Notes: a model not told the origin generated them from the letters alone. A stretch of 64,000 bases of DNA from an uncultured Gallionella sp. (GCA_964608835.1 CAZSPN010000008.1:3176-67175), one strand, 5' to 3'. Positions 1 to 10,361 are shown, counted from the stretch's first letter. Numbers and translations are program-made.

Positions 1-3000
1 CCAGGGTTAAATCGCCCGCACTGTTCAGCTCCACGCCAGGAATCAAATGTAGATTCGAGTTGTTCAACATACCCAAACGATTTTTGATGGTCGTGGCATT
101 CGTAGCGAAATTTTCTGCATCTGTTTTGTAAACTGCCGTGGTGGTTGCCGCGTTCGCTGCCGTTAACGAAGCTGGTGGCGTGTAAGTCTTAAATGCTTCA
201 ACCGTGACGCTCGCACCCGAACTTATATTGAGTGCCGTTCCACCCGTATTGTTGACTGCCACATCGGTATTGGCGGCATTGCGTGGCGCACGAAGCAACA
301 CACTGCCGCCCGCACCATCGCCACCCTGCACGGCTATCGGTTGATTATTCAGATCTATCGTTCCCGATGCGGTTTCAAGCGTGACTTTACCGCCTTTCTC
401 ATCCGTGCCTGTTGCATGGGCATCCAGCGACGCACCCGCTTTTAGCGTTATATCGTTCTGGGCTGCCAACAGGATGTTGCCAGCTTGTGTGCTGGAACTG
501 TCAATCTTGCCCGATACTTCTATCGACCCCGCATCCGCTGTCAAACGGAAAGTTTGTGCCTTGGCTCTGGCTGTGCCGGAGGTGTCGGCATCAATTGCCA
601 AATCACCCGTGCGAATACGCATGTCGCGCAGCGCGGTCAAGCCGCCAGACGTTAAGGTGTCATTTATTTTGGTCAGTGCGTTGGCGGTGCTTGCACTAAT
701 CAAATTATTCGCATCCAGCATGAACGAACCCTGCGCATACTTCGCGGCGGCGGCACCCTTTAATTCACCCGCCACCGATACCGCGCCTTTGGCTGCCGTG
801 AGGTTGATGACACCCGCATCGCCGCCGCCCGCTGCTCCCGACACATCCACCAGCGCGCCGCCTTGAATATTGATTCCGCCGTTATCCGCCACCAGCGATA
901 CGCTGCCCGCCTGGGCGTAAACCGTTTGCCCTGAGATGGTTTTACTGATACCTGTCGCCCAAGTTTTGGAACCATTGCCCAGCGTCACGCCATCGGTCGC
1001 ATCCGTACCTGTCGCGTGCAAAGTTACCGCGCCCGAAGACAGATTGATATTGCCTGTGTCCGCAATGCTTTTACCTTCGATAACCAGCTTGGCATTTAAC
1101 GCCTCGCCTGCCTGAATCGCCGCACCCGCAACAGATTGAATTGAGATTGCATCGTCTTTCGCCGTGATGGTCAGGCTGGCTTTATTCGCGGCAGTAATTT
1201 GTCCCGCTTGCAGCACCAGACTATGCGTCGTAGGAACACTTTCTCCCGACATCACCACGACACTACCCGTACCTTGTCCCGTGATTTTTTTTGCCGCAAC
1301 CAAAGCAACAGAATCAAATCCCTGAATGGATTTTTTTCCATCCGCCAACGTGATTTGATCGGCATTGATTTGTAAATTGCCTGCACCATAGGCGATTGCA
1401 GCCGATGTACCGGCATTGTTATTGGTCAGCGTGACATTGCTTGCGTCGATGATGTTGGTCAGTCCCGCATTAGCCACACCATTCAGGCTGCGGGTATTCA
1501 GCGTCAACGAATTCAACCGAGTACTCTGATTTTTTAGCGCAGCATTGCCATAAAAATTGATGTCGTTATAGCTGTGCAGCGTCAGGTCTTTGAAGGTCAG
1601 TGCGCGTGTCAGCAAATCACCGCTCAATGCCAGTGAAGTCGTGTTGGGTGTCGAATTTCCGATGTCGATGTTTTGCGCGGAAATACTTAACGATTTGCCA
1701 TTCAAAATGGCATTGTTACCAACGCTGGTGGCGTTGGATGAATCCAGCAACAACGCATCCTGCGCACCGACTGTCGCGCCGTCCTCAATGGTGAGTGTCG
1801 CGCTGGTATTGGCAAGGTTGGTTCGCGCAACCGAAACTTGCGGTGCGGCAGAAACACGCAACAACGCACCGTCACCGTTCACAGTGGTTGAACCGATTGC
1901 GATGTCGCCGATTTGTCCGGTAAGTGCCCCCTTACCTTCAATTTCACTGCCTGTTTTTACAGTCACCGCACTATTCGCCGCGAGAATAATTTCGGAACCG
2001 GTCAACACGCTCCCCGCGTTGTCCACCACCACATCGTCGGCTCCCACGGCAATATTCAAACCCGTCGCGCTTTGTGTTCGGACACCGCCTATCAGCAAAC
2101 TTTCCGCACCCAATTTATTCAGTGCACTGGTGGTCAGTTGCACTTCACCGTCAATAGCCGCACCCGCCGTGTTGACGATTTTGAAACCGGGGCCATCCAA
2201 ATCTACCATTGCCCCCCGCCCGTCTTTACCGGGCAACGCATTGAATGTCCCGTTCAATGCCAATTTCGCACCGCCACCCACGGCTGAAACAACCATCTGA
2301 CCCGCGTCTATTGGCAAACGCGGCGCGGATGTGCCATTGGTTGCCGCCTGATCCTTAAAAAACTGGTTGGCATAACTGTCGTGAAATTCAGACTGCGTGC
2401 GTACCACATCACCGGGTGTGACGGCAAAACCGGAATAGCGCGCATCCTGAATACCGGTTCCAACCGAGGCAAATTTACCCGCCATAATTTGTGTGCCATC
2501 AACCAGCGTGGTCGCGGGCAACTCCGGCTGCCTGTCGGCATAGCCCGCCACGGCGGTAACGCGATAAGCCCCTGGCAACAATGCATAGCTCGCTGGCAAC
2601 AGGGTGTAATAACCTGCTGCGATACCATTTCCACCTGCCAGATAAACACTCGCACCCGATTGCAGCGTGGTTTTGGAATTGGTTTGAGCATATTGCCCGG
2701 TCAATTGCGCGTCATACGGTGCAAAACCGGACACACCGGGAATAATGGCAAAGGTATTGGCGGGTGCTTTGCCCGGATCAAGCACGTTCACCGAACCGCC
2801 ACTGCCCGCGAAAAATTCGGTCGCATACAAATCGCCACCGCCCGCCAGATTTACAGTTGCGCCGTCTTGGATGTCAATGTTCGGCGAGGTGAACTTAACC
2901 TGTTTTTCCGGAGGAGCTGAAATTGAAACCAGCATGCCTGTCCCGGTCAGATCATATTTCCAATCTTTGCCTCCTTCGATTGAACCGAATGGAATTGTAA

Positions 3001-6000
3001 GTCCATCCGCCGACACCGAAGTCACACTACCTGCCGCCAAGGTCACGCTATTGCTGCCGCTCAAATTAAGCTTACCGAGCGGTGCTTTTATCACACCCTT
3101 TTGCTCGATTTCAGCCGCACTCAACGTCAACTGCCCCCCTGCCGACATCACCGGACTGGCATCATGCTGTCCGGGCAGAACGGTAATTTTCCCCGCCGCA
3201 TTGCCCGCATCATCTTGAACCGACAACTTGAATTGGGACAACGTGGAGGGATAAATCTGATCGGCTTGCAGGGTGATGTCGCCTTGTGTGGACAGACTTC
3301 CTGTCAATGCGGTCGTATCGGATACCCCATTCAAACGGATGTCACCGCTGCTGTTGAGCGACAATTGATTGACACCGGATACAGCCACATTACCCGTCAC
3401 ATCGATCAGCTGACCCGTCACGCCCAACGACCCGCTACCCGAAGCAGGCGTGGCACTTGGCAACCCCGCTTGGTTGGACAAGGTAACCTGTGCCGAAGTG
3501 ATGGTGCTGTTGCCATCCGAGATTAACTGCGACGCATCCAAGTTCACGCTGCGTCTGGCTTGAAGATTCACCCCGTCATTCAACGCTATCGAATTTTCGC
3601 TTTGCAGGATGACCTGATCAAAGCCGGAATTTTTCAGTGCGTTTGCATCCAGCAATGCCTTGCCCACAATAGGAGTCAATGCAACCAGACCGGCGTTCGC
3701 GTCGTCACCCGACAAATTTTCTTGCGTGGCAAAGCTGCCATTACCGCCGGAGGTTATTTTGATCTGGGCGGGATTAAGCGGGTACGCACCGGTGTTTAAG
3801 GGATCAAGAAACCCTGGGTTGTTATTCAAGGTTAATGAAAATTTTCCCGCCGCTGCCTGACTGCCCGCAGCTACAGCTGCTTTCATATCTCCGTCGAAAA
3901 ATCCGCCCATGTCGGTCTTGACCGAAATCGAGCCCGCGTCACCCGCTATCGGTGTGCGGCGATAACTTAAATTCAAATTACCGTCAGCCAGCTCTGGCAA
4001 ATCTATATTGGCCGTTGTGCCCGACACGTCCATCAACGAACCTTTTTGCGCGACCACAAAAGCATTATTTGCATTGATGTCAATCTTGCCGCCCGCCAAT
4101 ACCTGACCTTGAATCAAACCCTGCATATTGGGTGCGGCTGGCATAAACACGCCTCGACTGAGCAACTTGCTTTGGCTACCCAGCCAGATCGACTGTTCGG
4201 CGGTATATTGGTTTTTTGACGAACTCAGGCCCAGATTAATTTTTCCGGCGGGCGCGTCCAAGGTACCCAGCACAGTTAATTGTTTTGAGGCGTTGAGAGT
4301 AATGCTCGCAGTGGGTTCAACCCGGATGACCGCACCGTTATCCACTTTTAATTCACCGTTCTTTTCACTCAGCGTGATGCTGGTGGGTGCGCGTTGCCAG
4401 TCGGACAAGTAGCCTATCTCGGCAAACGTGTTCACATCCGCACCGCTGGCTTGCAGGGATGCTGCCTGACCCAGGATCAACGATTTTGCCTTGGGCTCAA
4501 TCACCGTTCCCTCATTAACCGTCAAACCCTTCAAACCCTGTGCGGTCAGGTCATAATTGGTAAAGCCGCCGTTCTGGAAAAATGTGGCGGGTAACACCAA
4601 AGTGCGGTCTGTAGTATTGGCCGAGCCACCCAGCTCAATGTCTCCCGCCTTGATTTTTAATGCGCCGCCCTTGCCACCCGCAGCACCGTAGCTGCGCAAA
4701 TCAAGTCCATCCAATGTTGCCTTGATGGGTACACCCGAAGCGGAGAAACCTCCGCCACTCGCCAATGAAATGTCGCCGCCTTTGCCGCCCTTAACTTTAT
4801 TTGCCGTATCGTTCCACGCCCCACCCGATGCATCCAGCAACGTACCCGATGCCACGAGCAAATCACCACCCGAATTCAGGGTTATTTTTCCGCCATTGGT
4901 CAACAACGGCTTGCTCAAGTCAGGCACACCCAACTGTGCGGAATCGTTCACCCACTGTCCGCGTGTTGAAATATGACCGGGATTATTGATACCACCCACC
5001 GTCAGCGCGCCTGCCTCCTGATTAAGCGAAGCAGTGGTCGCGGTGGTGGTCATTTTGACCGTGCCGGACGGCGCATCAATCGATCCCAGCATATTGACCG
5101 CATCGCCCTGTAGCGTGATGGCTCCGCCAGAGGCAAGTTGCACCGCTGTTCCCTCAGCAACGCTAACCGTCTTGTTGCTATACACTTCCAGACGATTCAG
5201 ACCATTGTCGGGGTTGAACAATTTAGTCGTGTCCAGCACGATATTTTGCTGATTGCCCGATGGCAACGCGTTCACATTGCCGCTCGCGTCGAACAGCGAA
5301 AAATTTCTCGCCAACGGTACAGCTCTGGTTTGTAGCGTGACGTTGCTGTTGATCAGGTAATCGGTAATACCTTCGGGGTTGGCTCTCGCGGCACTATTAC
5401 CAATGATTAACGAGCCGCCCTTCGGCATCATCTTCCAGATGTCTTTATAACTGCCCGTGCCGGGATCAACGTACGCCTGGCGCTGAAAATCACCTGCCAC
5501 GGTCTTGGCAATAATGTCGCCCTCCACCACAGCACGGGGAGCCAACACTGTCAGGCTTCCGGCTGATTTCCCCTCGACATAACCCGCATCCCATTGACCG
5601 CGAGCATCCCCACCCGCCAAGGTATTGAACGTTTCGACCACGCCCCATTTGTTGTGTTTGACGGTATAAGTCCCCAGAATTCCCTGATAGATGCGGTCTG
5701 CCGGTGCGTTGGCAATATCATATTTAACCCCATCGGAAATCAGCGTGGTGGTTTTGATATTCGCGCCTTCATAATTGATTTTTCCGCCGGAAAGATCAAC
5801 CTTCGCGTCGCTTTTCATCACCACATCGCCGGTAGATACCAACTTCACATTGCCACCCTCCGCAGTGCGTTCCGCCACCGTGCGCCCGACCTCAGATTCC
5901 ACACCCGCATAGTTAACCAGTGTGCTGCCCTTGCGCATGTCGATCGACACCTCTTTGCCTCGCAGGAAACCGTCCACGCGCTGCACGGGTGCATCTTGCA

Positions 6001-7600
6001 AAGGCGTGCCGAACAACTGCACATCCAGAATGTTACGTGCCACCGACACATTGGCATCACTGCCCGATACGTCTATCGAACTGCCGCTATCCAAAAATAC
6101 ACGTGCGGTATCGCCCGTAACTGCGGGTGCTGGAATAAAATTTGGATTCAAGAAACTGGTACTGAGATCGGGATTCTCCTTGGTTGGCGAGGCAACTTCC
6201 TGATAGGCCGAATTGATCGAAGCTTTAGGGATTAACCCGCTGGCAAGCACTTCAGCCACGGCAGGAATGGCAGGTGAGGTATCTGTCGCAGGCACTTCCT
6301 CTTGGGGAGCAACGTAAGGGACGTAGCTGCTAATCGCCGCCAGCGTCACTTTTCCGTCAGGTACGATGATCTTGCTGCCATTTTGCATATCGATAGTATT
6401 GCCCATCACTTCCACGATGGAGGATTTGAATCCTTGGCCGTCGGTATTGGTCGCGGTATCCGGCACAAACTTGTTCTGCTGTGGGTCAAAAATTTCCTGA
6501 GGTAACACAGCCGTCACACTGCCATCCGCCAGGGTTACCTTACCCGTCTGCGTTGCCCGATTATCATAGTGTGCATCTATCGTTCCTTTGGCCGGGACGA
6601 AAACATCCGTAAGATCATCCGCATTCTGGTTGGCACCTTGAACCCCGTAGCGAGCCAGCAATTTGATCGAGCCGTTTTCGGTCACCGATGTCGTTGCCGA
6701 GATACGTCCCTGTTGGTTGACAGCAAAGCCCACTAACGTGGTGTTACCGCGTTCAGCGACAATATCGGCTGCATTGGTGACCGTGCCTGCTTCGGTGTGT
6801 AACAGACCCTTGCCAGCCAGATTGGCATCCGCCACGCCCGGCGTATCCACATCCACTTCAACCAACACTCCGCGCAAATTCGGGTCTTGGCTGGCTTGCA
6901 AATACACTTTATTTCCCGCCGCCAACACGACTTGCCCGCTTGCTGTGGAAATGTTGCCGCTGTTTTCCACCACAGGTGCGAACAGCATGACGCGCTCACC
7001 ATTGATCGTCGCACCGCCTTCCACTTTGACAAAACCACCCGAACCGCTGAACGCGGGAAGGACTTTCGTATTGGTCAGATATCCTGCCGTAAAAAGTTCA
7101 TCTTTAATATCCAGGGAAGAGGCAATCAAGGCACCCACATTCACCTGTGCACCGTTACCAAACACAATGCCGTTCTGATTGATCAGATACACCTGTCCAT
7201 TGGAAGTCAGCGCACCGCTGATGTTGGTGGGGCTGGCATCCCAAATTTTATTGAGCGCACTAGAAGTAATAGACGGCTGGTCGAACTTAACGCTGTAACC
7301 TTTGGCGATATTGAAATCTCGCCAGTTGAGAATTGCAGTTTGCGTATTCTGTTTGATGGTCATCGCCGTGCCGCTGGTGCTTGCAGTTGCCGAACCGGCC
7401 TGAACAAACGGTGTGCTGATGCCGGTCGAATTACCACAAGACCCACCCGCACAAGGAGTTGGCAATGGCAACGATGCGGCAAGCATGCCGGGCGCAAAGG
7501 AAATCAAACCCGCAGCAGCCAGCGCGCTTACCAAAACATGGTTGCGCAGTTTGAATTTTCCAACTTGCCCGTTCACTGATTTTCGTTTGCTGTTTTTCAT
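1..7600 (-). CDS. TpsA-type two-partner-secretion exoprotein (filamentous haemagglutinin family); 5' part only, ORF continues beyond window start (>2,533 codons)
   Basis: ATG at 7600-7598 preceded by GAGG (7612-7609). My minus-strand translation gives MKNSKRKSVNGQVGKFKLRNHVLVSALAAAGLISFAPGMLAA, then TPS-domain motifs: TAILNWRDFNIAKGYSVKFDQPS, SALNKIWDASPTNISGALTSNGQVYLINQNGIVFGNGAQVNVGALIASSLDI and DPNLRGVLVEV. The frame is still open at position 2 (...NSAGDLTL). It is absent from the ORF track only because it has no stop in the window. The + strand ORFs here are antisense shadows. Confidence 0.9.
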   Translation of the reverse strand, partial: MKNSKRKSVNGQVGKFKLRNHVLVSALAAAGLISFAPGMLAASLPLPTPCAGGSCGNSTGISTPFVQAGSATASTSGTAMTIKQNTQTAILNWRDFNIAKGYSVKFDQPSITSSALNKIWDASPTNISGALTSNGQVYLINQNGIVFGNGAQVNVGALIASSLDIKDELFTAGYLTNTKVLPAFSGSGGFVKVEGGATINGERVMLFAPVVENSGNISTASGQVVLAAGNKVYLQASQDPNLRGVLVEVDVDTPGVADANLAGKGLLHTEAGTVTNAADIVAERGNTTLVGFAVNQQGRISATTSVTENGSIKLLARYGVQGANQNADDLTDVFVPAKGTIDAHYDNRATQTGKVTLADGSVTAVLPQEIFDPQQNKFVPDTATNTDGQGFKSSIVEVMGNTIDMQNGSKIIVPDGKVTLAAISSYVPYVAPQEEVPATDTSPAIPAVAEVLASGLIPKASINSAYQEVASPTKENPDLSTSFLNPNFIPAPAVTGDTARVFLDSGSSIDVSGSDANVSVARNILDVQLFGTPLQDAPVQRVDGFLRGKEVSIDMRKGSTLVNYAGVESEVGRTVAERTAEGGNVKLVSTGDVVMKSDAKVDLSGGKINYEGANIKTTTLISDGVKYDIANAPADRIYQGILGTYTVKHNKWGVVETFNTLAGGDARGQWDAGYVEGKSAGSLTVLAPRAVVEGDIIAKTVAGDFQRQAYVDPGTGSYKDIWKMMPKGGSLIIGNSAARANPEGITDYLINSNVTLQTRAVPLARNFSLFDASGNVNALPSGNQQNIVLDTTKLFNPDNGLNRLEVYSNKTVSVAEGTAVQLASGGAITLQGDAVNMLGSIDAPSGTVKMTTTATTASLNQEAGALTVGGINNPGHISTRGQWVNDSAQLGVPDLSKPLLTNGGKITLNSGGDLLVASGTLLDASGGAWNDTANKVKGGKGGDISLASGGGFSASGVPIKATLDGLDLRSYGAAGGKGGALKIKAGDIELGGSANTTDRTLVLPATFFQNGGFTNYDLTAQGLKGLTVNEGTVIEPKAKSLILGQAASLQASGADVNTFAEIGYLSDWQRAPTSITLSEKNGELKVDNGAVIRVEPTASITLNASKQLTVLGTLDAPAGKINLGLSSSKNQYTAEQSIWLGSQSKLLSRGVFMPAAPNMQGLIQGQVLAGGKIDINANNAFVVAQKGSLMDVSGTTANIDLPELADGNLNLSYRRTPIAGDAGSISVKTDMGGFFDGDMKAAVAAGSQAAAGKFSLTLNNNPGFLDPLNTGAYPLNPAQIKITSGGNGSFATQENLSGDDANAGLVALTPIVGKALLDANALKNSGFDQVILQSENSIALNDGVNLQARRSVNLDASQLISDGNSTITSAQVTLSNQAGLPSATPASGSGSLGVTGQLIDVTGNVAVSGVNQLSLNSSGDIRLNGVSDTTALTGSLSTQGDITLQADQIYPSTLSQFKLSVQDDAGNAAGKITVLPGQHDASPVMSAGGQLTLSAAEIEQKGVIKAPLGKLNLSGSNSVTLAAGSVTSVSADGLTIPFGSIEGGKDWKYDLTGTGMLVSISAPPEKQVKFTSPNIDIQDGATVNLAGGGDLYATEFFAGSGGSVNVLDPGKAPANTFAIIPGVSGFAPYDAQLTGQYAQTNSKTTLQSGASVYLAGGNGIAAGYYTLLPASYALLPGAYRVTAVAGYADRQPELPATTLVDGTQIMAGKFASVGTGIQDARYSGFAVTPGDVVRTQSEFHDSYANQFFKDQAATNGTSAPRLPIDAGQMVVSAVGGGAKLALNGTFNALPGKDGRGAMVDLDGPGFKIVNTAGAAIDGEVQLTTSALNKLGAESLLIGGVRTQSATGLNIAVGADDVVVDNAGSVLTGSEIILAANSAVTVKTGSEIEGKGALTGQIGDIAIGSTTVNGDGALLRVSAAPQVSVARTNLANTSATLTIEDGATVGAQDALLLDSSNATSVGNNAILNGKSLSISAQNIDIGNSTPNTTSLALSGDLLTRALTFKDLTLHSYNDINFYGNAALKNQSTRLNSLTLNTRSLNGVANAGLTNIIDASNVTLTNNNAGTSAAIAYGAGNLQINADQITLADGKKSIQGFDSVALVAAKKITGQGTGSVVVMSGESVPTTHSLVLQAGQITAANKASLTITAKDDAISIQSVAGAAIQAGEALNAKLVIEGKSIADTGNINLSSGAVTLHATGTDATDGVTLGNGSKTWATGISKTISGQTVYAQAGSVSLVADNGGINIQGGALVDVSGAAGGGDAGVINLTAAKGAVSVAGELKGAAAAKYAQGSFMLDANNLISASTANALTKINDTLTSGGLTALRDMRIRTGDLAIDADTSGTARAKAQTFRLTADAGSIEVSGKIDSSSTQAGNILLAAQNDITLKAGASLDAHATGTDEKGGKVTLETASGTIDLNNQPIAVQGGDGAGGSVLLRAPRNAANTDVAVNNTGGTALNISSGASVTVEAFKTYTPPASLTAANAATTTAVYKTDAENFATNATTIKNRLGMLNNSNLHLIPGVELNSAGDLTL

Positions 7601-7754
7601 TGACACTACCTCTTCAATAATTTTGTGCTGCCACCTGCCACGTCATTCCCGCCTGCGCGGGATAACCAGACACCTGCCCGCTTGCGGGCTTAGTTGAATG
7701 GCTAGTTGCTTCACCAATGACGCATTATTTATTCAGTACACAATCTGGATTGAC

Positions 7755-9353
7755 CTAAAACGTCCCCACTGCCTTAAACCCGACTCTCACCTTATCCGCT
7801 TGGGTAAACGTGGTTGACTTCAACGGCACCGCCACATCCACACCCAGCGTAAAACTTTTTCCCAGTTGCGTTCTTAAACCCAAACCCGTACTCGCCAAAT
7901 TGAATGAATCTGTTTGTCCTGACAGTGCCTCGCGCACCCGCAAGTGCGCGGCTTCCACAAACACCACCGCGCGCAAATCGCTGAACTTGCCTCTCGCCCA
8001 CTGCGGGCCGCGCAATTCCATGGTGACGTGCATACCGTCATCTCCCGCCTGCTCCGATTCGAGATAGCCGCGCACGCTGTCTGCTCCGCCCGCCGTAAAT
8101 TGCTCGTTGCTAATCAACGGTCCGCTTGCCAATTGCCCATCCAGCTTGGCAAACATCACCATACCCTTGGGTAAATTCCGGGTACGTTCAACCCCACCGC
8201 GCAGATAAAAATAATCGGGTTTGGCGTGATAGCGTTTGCATTCAAATTCACTGATCACTTGCCCGCTGCAATCGATCTTGCGATCACCTATTCCGCGCAA
8301 ATGAAAATTCAGCGTGGCATTTGCGGCACTCATCCCTGTTTCGTCCGGCATGTTGACGCTATAGCCAAGCGAAAACGGCAAATAGCTCATGGGGGTTTTC
8401 CCGGTATTGGTTCCCGCGAGCTGCTCCGCATCCAGAAAATGTTTATAGTCCGCTCCCAGTGTCGCGCTATGAAAAAATTTTTCGCGTGACGGCAACGGCA
8501 TCGCCAAGCGCGCACCGAGGATATTTCCTTTGCCCATCACCGACATCTCGCCTATCGTTGCCACATTGCTGCGCGAAATCACGCCGTAAATGGCGAGCTG
8601 GTTATCGCTGTTGACCAGCGGCATGAGATATGTGCCGGACAAGACTTTTACTTCACTGATTTTTTTCGGGGCAATTTGCGCTTGCAGTGACAAGCTGTGC
8701 GCGCGTTGCCACAAATTGTCATAACGCACCATGCCTGCCAGACGAAATTCACTGGTGTTGGGGCTGGCGTGGTTATTCAGTTCGATACTGGAATGCAACG
8801 GCAGTTGATCTTCCACTTTCAATTCCGCTTCCAGTTTTCCCGGTGTATTGCCCGGACGCATCACGGGAGTTACCTTGAGATCGGCCACACTGTTCACCGC
8901 CACCAACTGCTTTTGCAAGTCGGGGAAATACGGCACATTGCCTTCGGCTAATTCCGGTACTTTGGCCAAAATTTTGCTCAGCGAAAAATAACGCGAACCC
9001 ACCACGCGGGTTTTTTCCACACCGCCTTCCGTCACCTTCAATTGCACAATGCCGCTGCCCACACTTTGTTCGGGGATGTCCACCAACACCGTGAGATACC
9101 CCGCATCGTGATATTCCTTCTCCAGCGCGGTGCGTGCCTGCTCCACATCGACTATGGTTTTATCTTCGCCCAAATGACGATACACCGCCGCCTCGACGCG
9201 AATCGCGGGCAACAACGTATTGCCGCTCACCTGATACTCATGCACCGTAAACGCGTTTTTTTTGGCGGCACTCGGCGCAGCCATTTCTGCCGTGCTGGTG
9301 CAGGAAAAAAACAGCCCCGCACACAGTGATAAAATTTTAATTACTGCTTTCAT
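7755..9353 (-). CDS. TpsB outer-membrane transporter/activator (ShlB/FhaC/HecB family)
   Basis: The track ORF starts at TTG 9365. ATG 9353 is more likely and gives the signal peptide MKAVIKILSLCAGLFFSCTSTAEMA. POTRA-like N-terminus (FTVHEYQVSGNTLL, YHDAGYLTVLVDIPEQ). Beta-barrel ending GFKAVGTF with a terminal Phe. Lies directly upstream of tpsA. Confidence 0.88.
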   Translation of the reverse strand: MKAVIKILSLCAGLFFSCTSTAEMAAPSAAKKNAFTVHEYQVSGNTLLPAIRVEAAVYRHLGEDKTIVDVEQARTALEKEYHDAGYLTVLVDIPEQSVGSGIVQLKVTEGGVEKTRVVGSRYFSLSKILAKVPELAEGNVPYFPDLQKQLVAVNSVADLKVTPVMRPGNTPGKLEAELKVEDQLPLHSSIELNNHASPNTSEFRLAGMVRYDNLWQRAHSLSLQAQIAPKKISEVKVLSGTYLMPLVNSDNQLAIYGVISRSNVATIGEMSVMGKGNILGARLAMPLPSREKFFHSATLGADYKHFLDAEQLAGTNTGKTPMSYLPFSLGYSVNMPDETGMSAANATLNFHLRGIGDRKIDCSGQVISEFECKRYHAKPDYFYLRGGVERTRNLPKGMVMFAKLDGQLASGPLISNEQFTAGGADSVRGYLESEQAGDDGMHVTMELRGPQWARGKFSDLRAVVFVEAAHLRVREALSGQTDSFNLASTGLGLRTQLGKSFTLGVDVAVPLKSTTFTQADKVRVGFKAVGTF

Positions 9354-9506
9354 ATCCACGATCAACGCTGTCCTATCCGACCTTGAATTATGGTGCGTTT
9401 ACATTACGCACTCATTACATGCGGATTACAGGGAAGGCTAAACGAAGGAGCAAATGTTTGATTAAGACGGCAATATGCCGTACAGTTTTACTCAGGAGGG
9501 AACGCC

Positions 9507-9788
9507 ATGCCAACAGCTATTTCTACCGCCCGACTCGAAGCCCGAATCAGCACCGAATTGCATGCCACACTTAAACGTGCCGCCGAGATCTAAGGACGCA
9601 CCATGACCGATTTCGTTGTGTCCGCCGTGCAAGACGCAGCACAACGTGCTATCGAACAATCTGGCGTCATTAGGTTATCGCTTGCAGATCAGGAATTTTT
9701 TGCTTCGGCTTTGTTATCACCACCCAAACCAACACCCGCATTAAAACGGGCTTTTGCGCGCCGCAAAAGGTTGTTGAGTGCTGAATGA
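9507..9788 (+). pseudogene. DUF1778 (TacA-like, RHH) antitoxin interrupted by an in-frame TAA
   Basis: AGGAGGG (9494-9500) then ATG 9507. Reading is MPTAISTARLEARISTELHATLKRAAEI, TAA at 9591-9593, then GRTMTDFVVSAVQDAAQRAIEQSGVIRLSLADQEFFASALLSPPKPTPALKRAFARRKRLL in the same frame (9507, 9591 and 9603 are all divisible by 3). The two halves together look like one full-length antitoxin. TAA sits where Gln (CAA) would be expected. Confidence 0.6.
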
Positions 9789-9877
9789 GCGTAGCTAATT
9801 TTCGAGTTATCCTGCTCGACACAACGCTTGATCGCGCTACATCGTTTCTGCCATTAGCGACAGCGACCAAAATTTAA
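9785..9877 (+). pseudogene. Possible 30-codon remnant of the cognate GNAT-type toxin
   Basis: ATG 9785 overlaps the antitoxin stop (ATGA), as in coupled TA pairs. MSVANFRVILLDTTLDRATSFLPLATATKI then stop. It is far too short for an acetyltransferase. Only the L-D-R-x-x-S-F stretch recalls toxin N-termini. Weak call. Confidence 0.25.
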
Positions 9878-9930
9878 GCGACTTCTAAAAGTTCGTCACT
9901 GATGTAACCACCGATGCAGGGGTTCATGAA

Positions 9931-9965
9931 AAAGAAAAACCCCGGCATTACTGCCGGAGATTTTC
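9931..9965. repeat. Decayed copy of the 35-nt terminator repeat (left flank of the vapBC cassette)
   Basis: aaagaaaaaccccggcattactgccggagattttc matches 10687..10721 at 32 of 35 positions. The stem is reduced to CCGGCA/TGCCGG. Confidence 0.7.
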
Positions 9966-9989
9966 TTAGTAAACGACTTGTATTAGGAC

Positions 9990-10361
9990 TTATTTCAATT
10001 GCAACGCTTTGCAATCTAGTCCATCAATAGCTGAAAAAGCTTGATCGTTGGTCAACAGAACTGCTTGCTGCGTTAATGCACTGGCAGCGATAATTGCATC
10101 GGGAAGTTTCAAACGATTATTACGGCGTAACAAGATTGCTTGATGACGAACCGCATCGGATAACTGGATACGATCCAACACTTGCAACAGCTCCCGTATG
10201 CGCCGCGCCTCTTCTTCAGGCAAATTTTGGAACGAAAGCAGTTCAATTTCTGTAATAACTGAAATGCTGTACTGTCCTTCCGGTAACGGTAATGCCAAAC
10301 GCCCATTCACCAAATAAATGACAGCGTTGGTATCCAGCAAGTATCGCGTCATCAATTCCAT
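9990..10361 (-). CDS. vapC: PIN-domain toxin VapC
   Basis: 123-aa ORF with LLDTNAVIY near the N-terminus and LLTNDQAF near the C-terminus, both PIN acidic-residue contexts. An alternative ATG at 10352 gives an ATGA overlap with the upstream antitoxin stop. Confidence 0.85.
   Translation of the reverse strand: MELMTRYLLDTNAVIYLVNGRLALPLPEGQYSISVITEIELLSFQNLPEEEARRIRELLQVLDRIQLSDAVRHQAILLRRNNRLKLPDAIIAASALTQQAVLLTNDQAFSAIDGLDCKALQLK

Noticed and set aside
1285-1337. Homopolymer tracts inside tpsA (T8 at 1285-1292, T7 at 1331-1337), and similar tracts in tpsB (T8 at 9256-9263), considered as phase-variation switches.
   Set aside because: Tracts of 7-8 nt encoding Lys-Lys are common by chance in a 7.6-kb AT-moderate gene. 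They are shorter than typical slipped-strand contingency tracts, and the frame is intact.
381-7697. About 45 plus-strand ORFs of 60-236 aa (e.g. 1590..2300, 5594..6235, 6887..7579), plus a few minus-strand ORFs in other frames.
   Set aside because: They overlap the long open minus-strand TpsA frame, which I verified by translation at both ends. Their Ala/Pro/Ser/Thr/Arg-rich, motif-free products are what the antisense of a Gly/Asn/Val/Ala-rich repeat gene would give.
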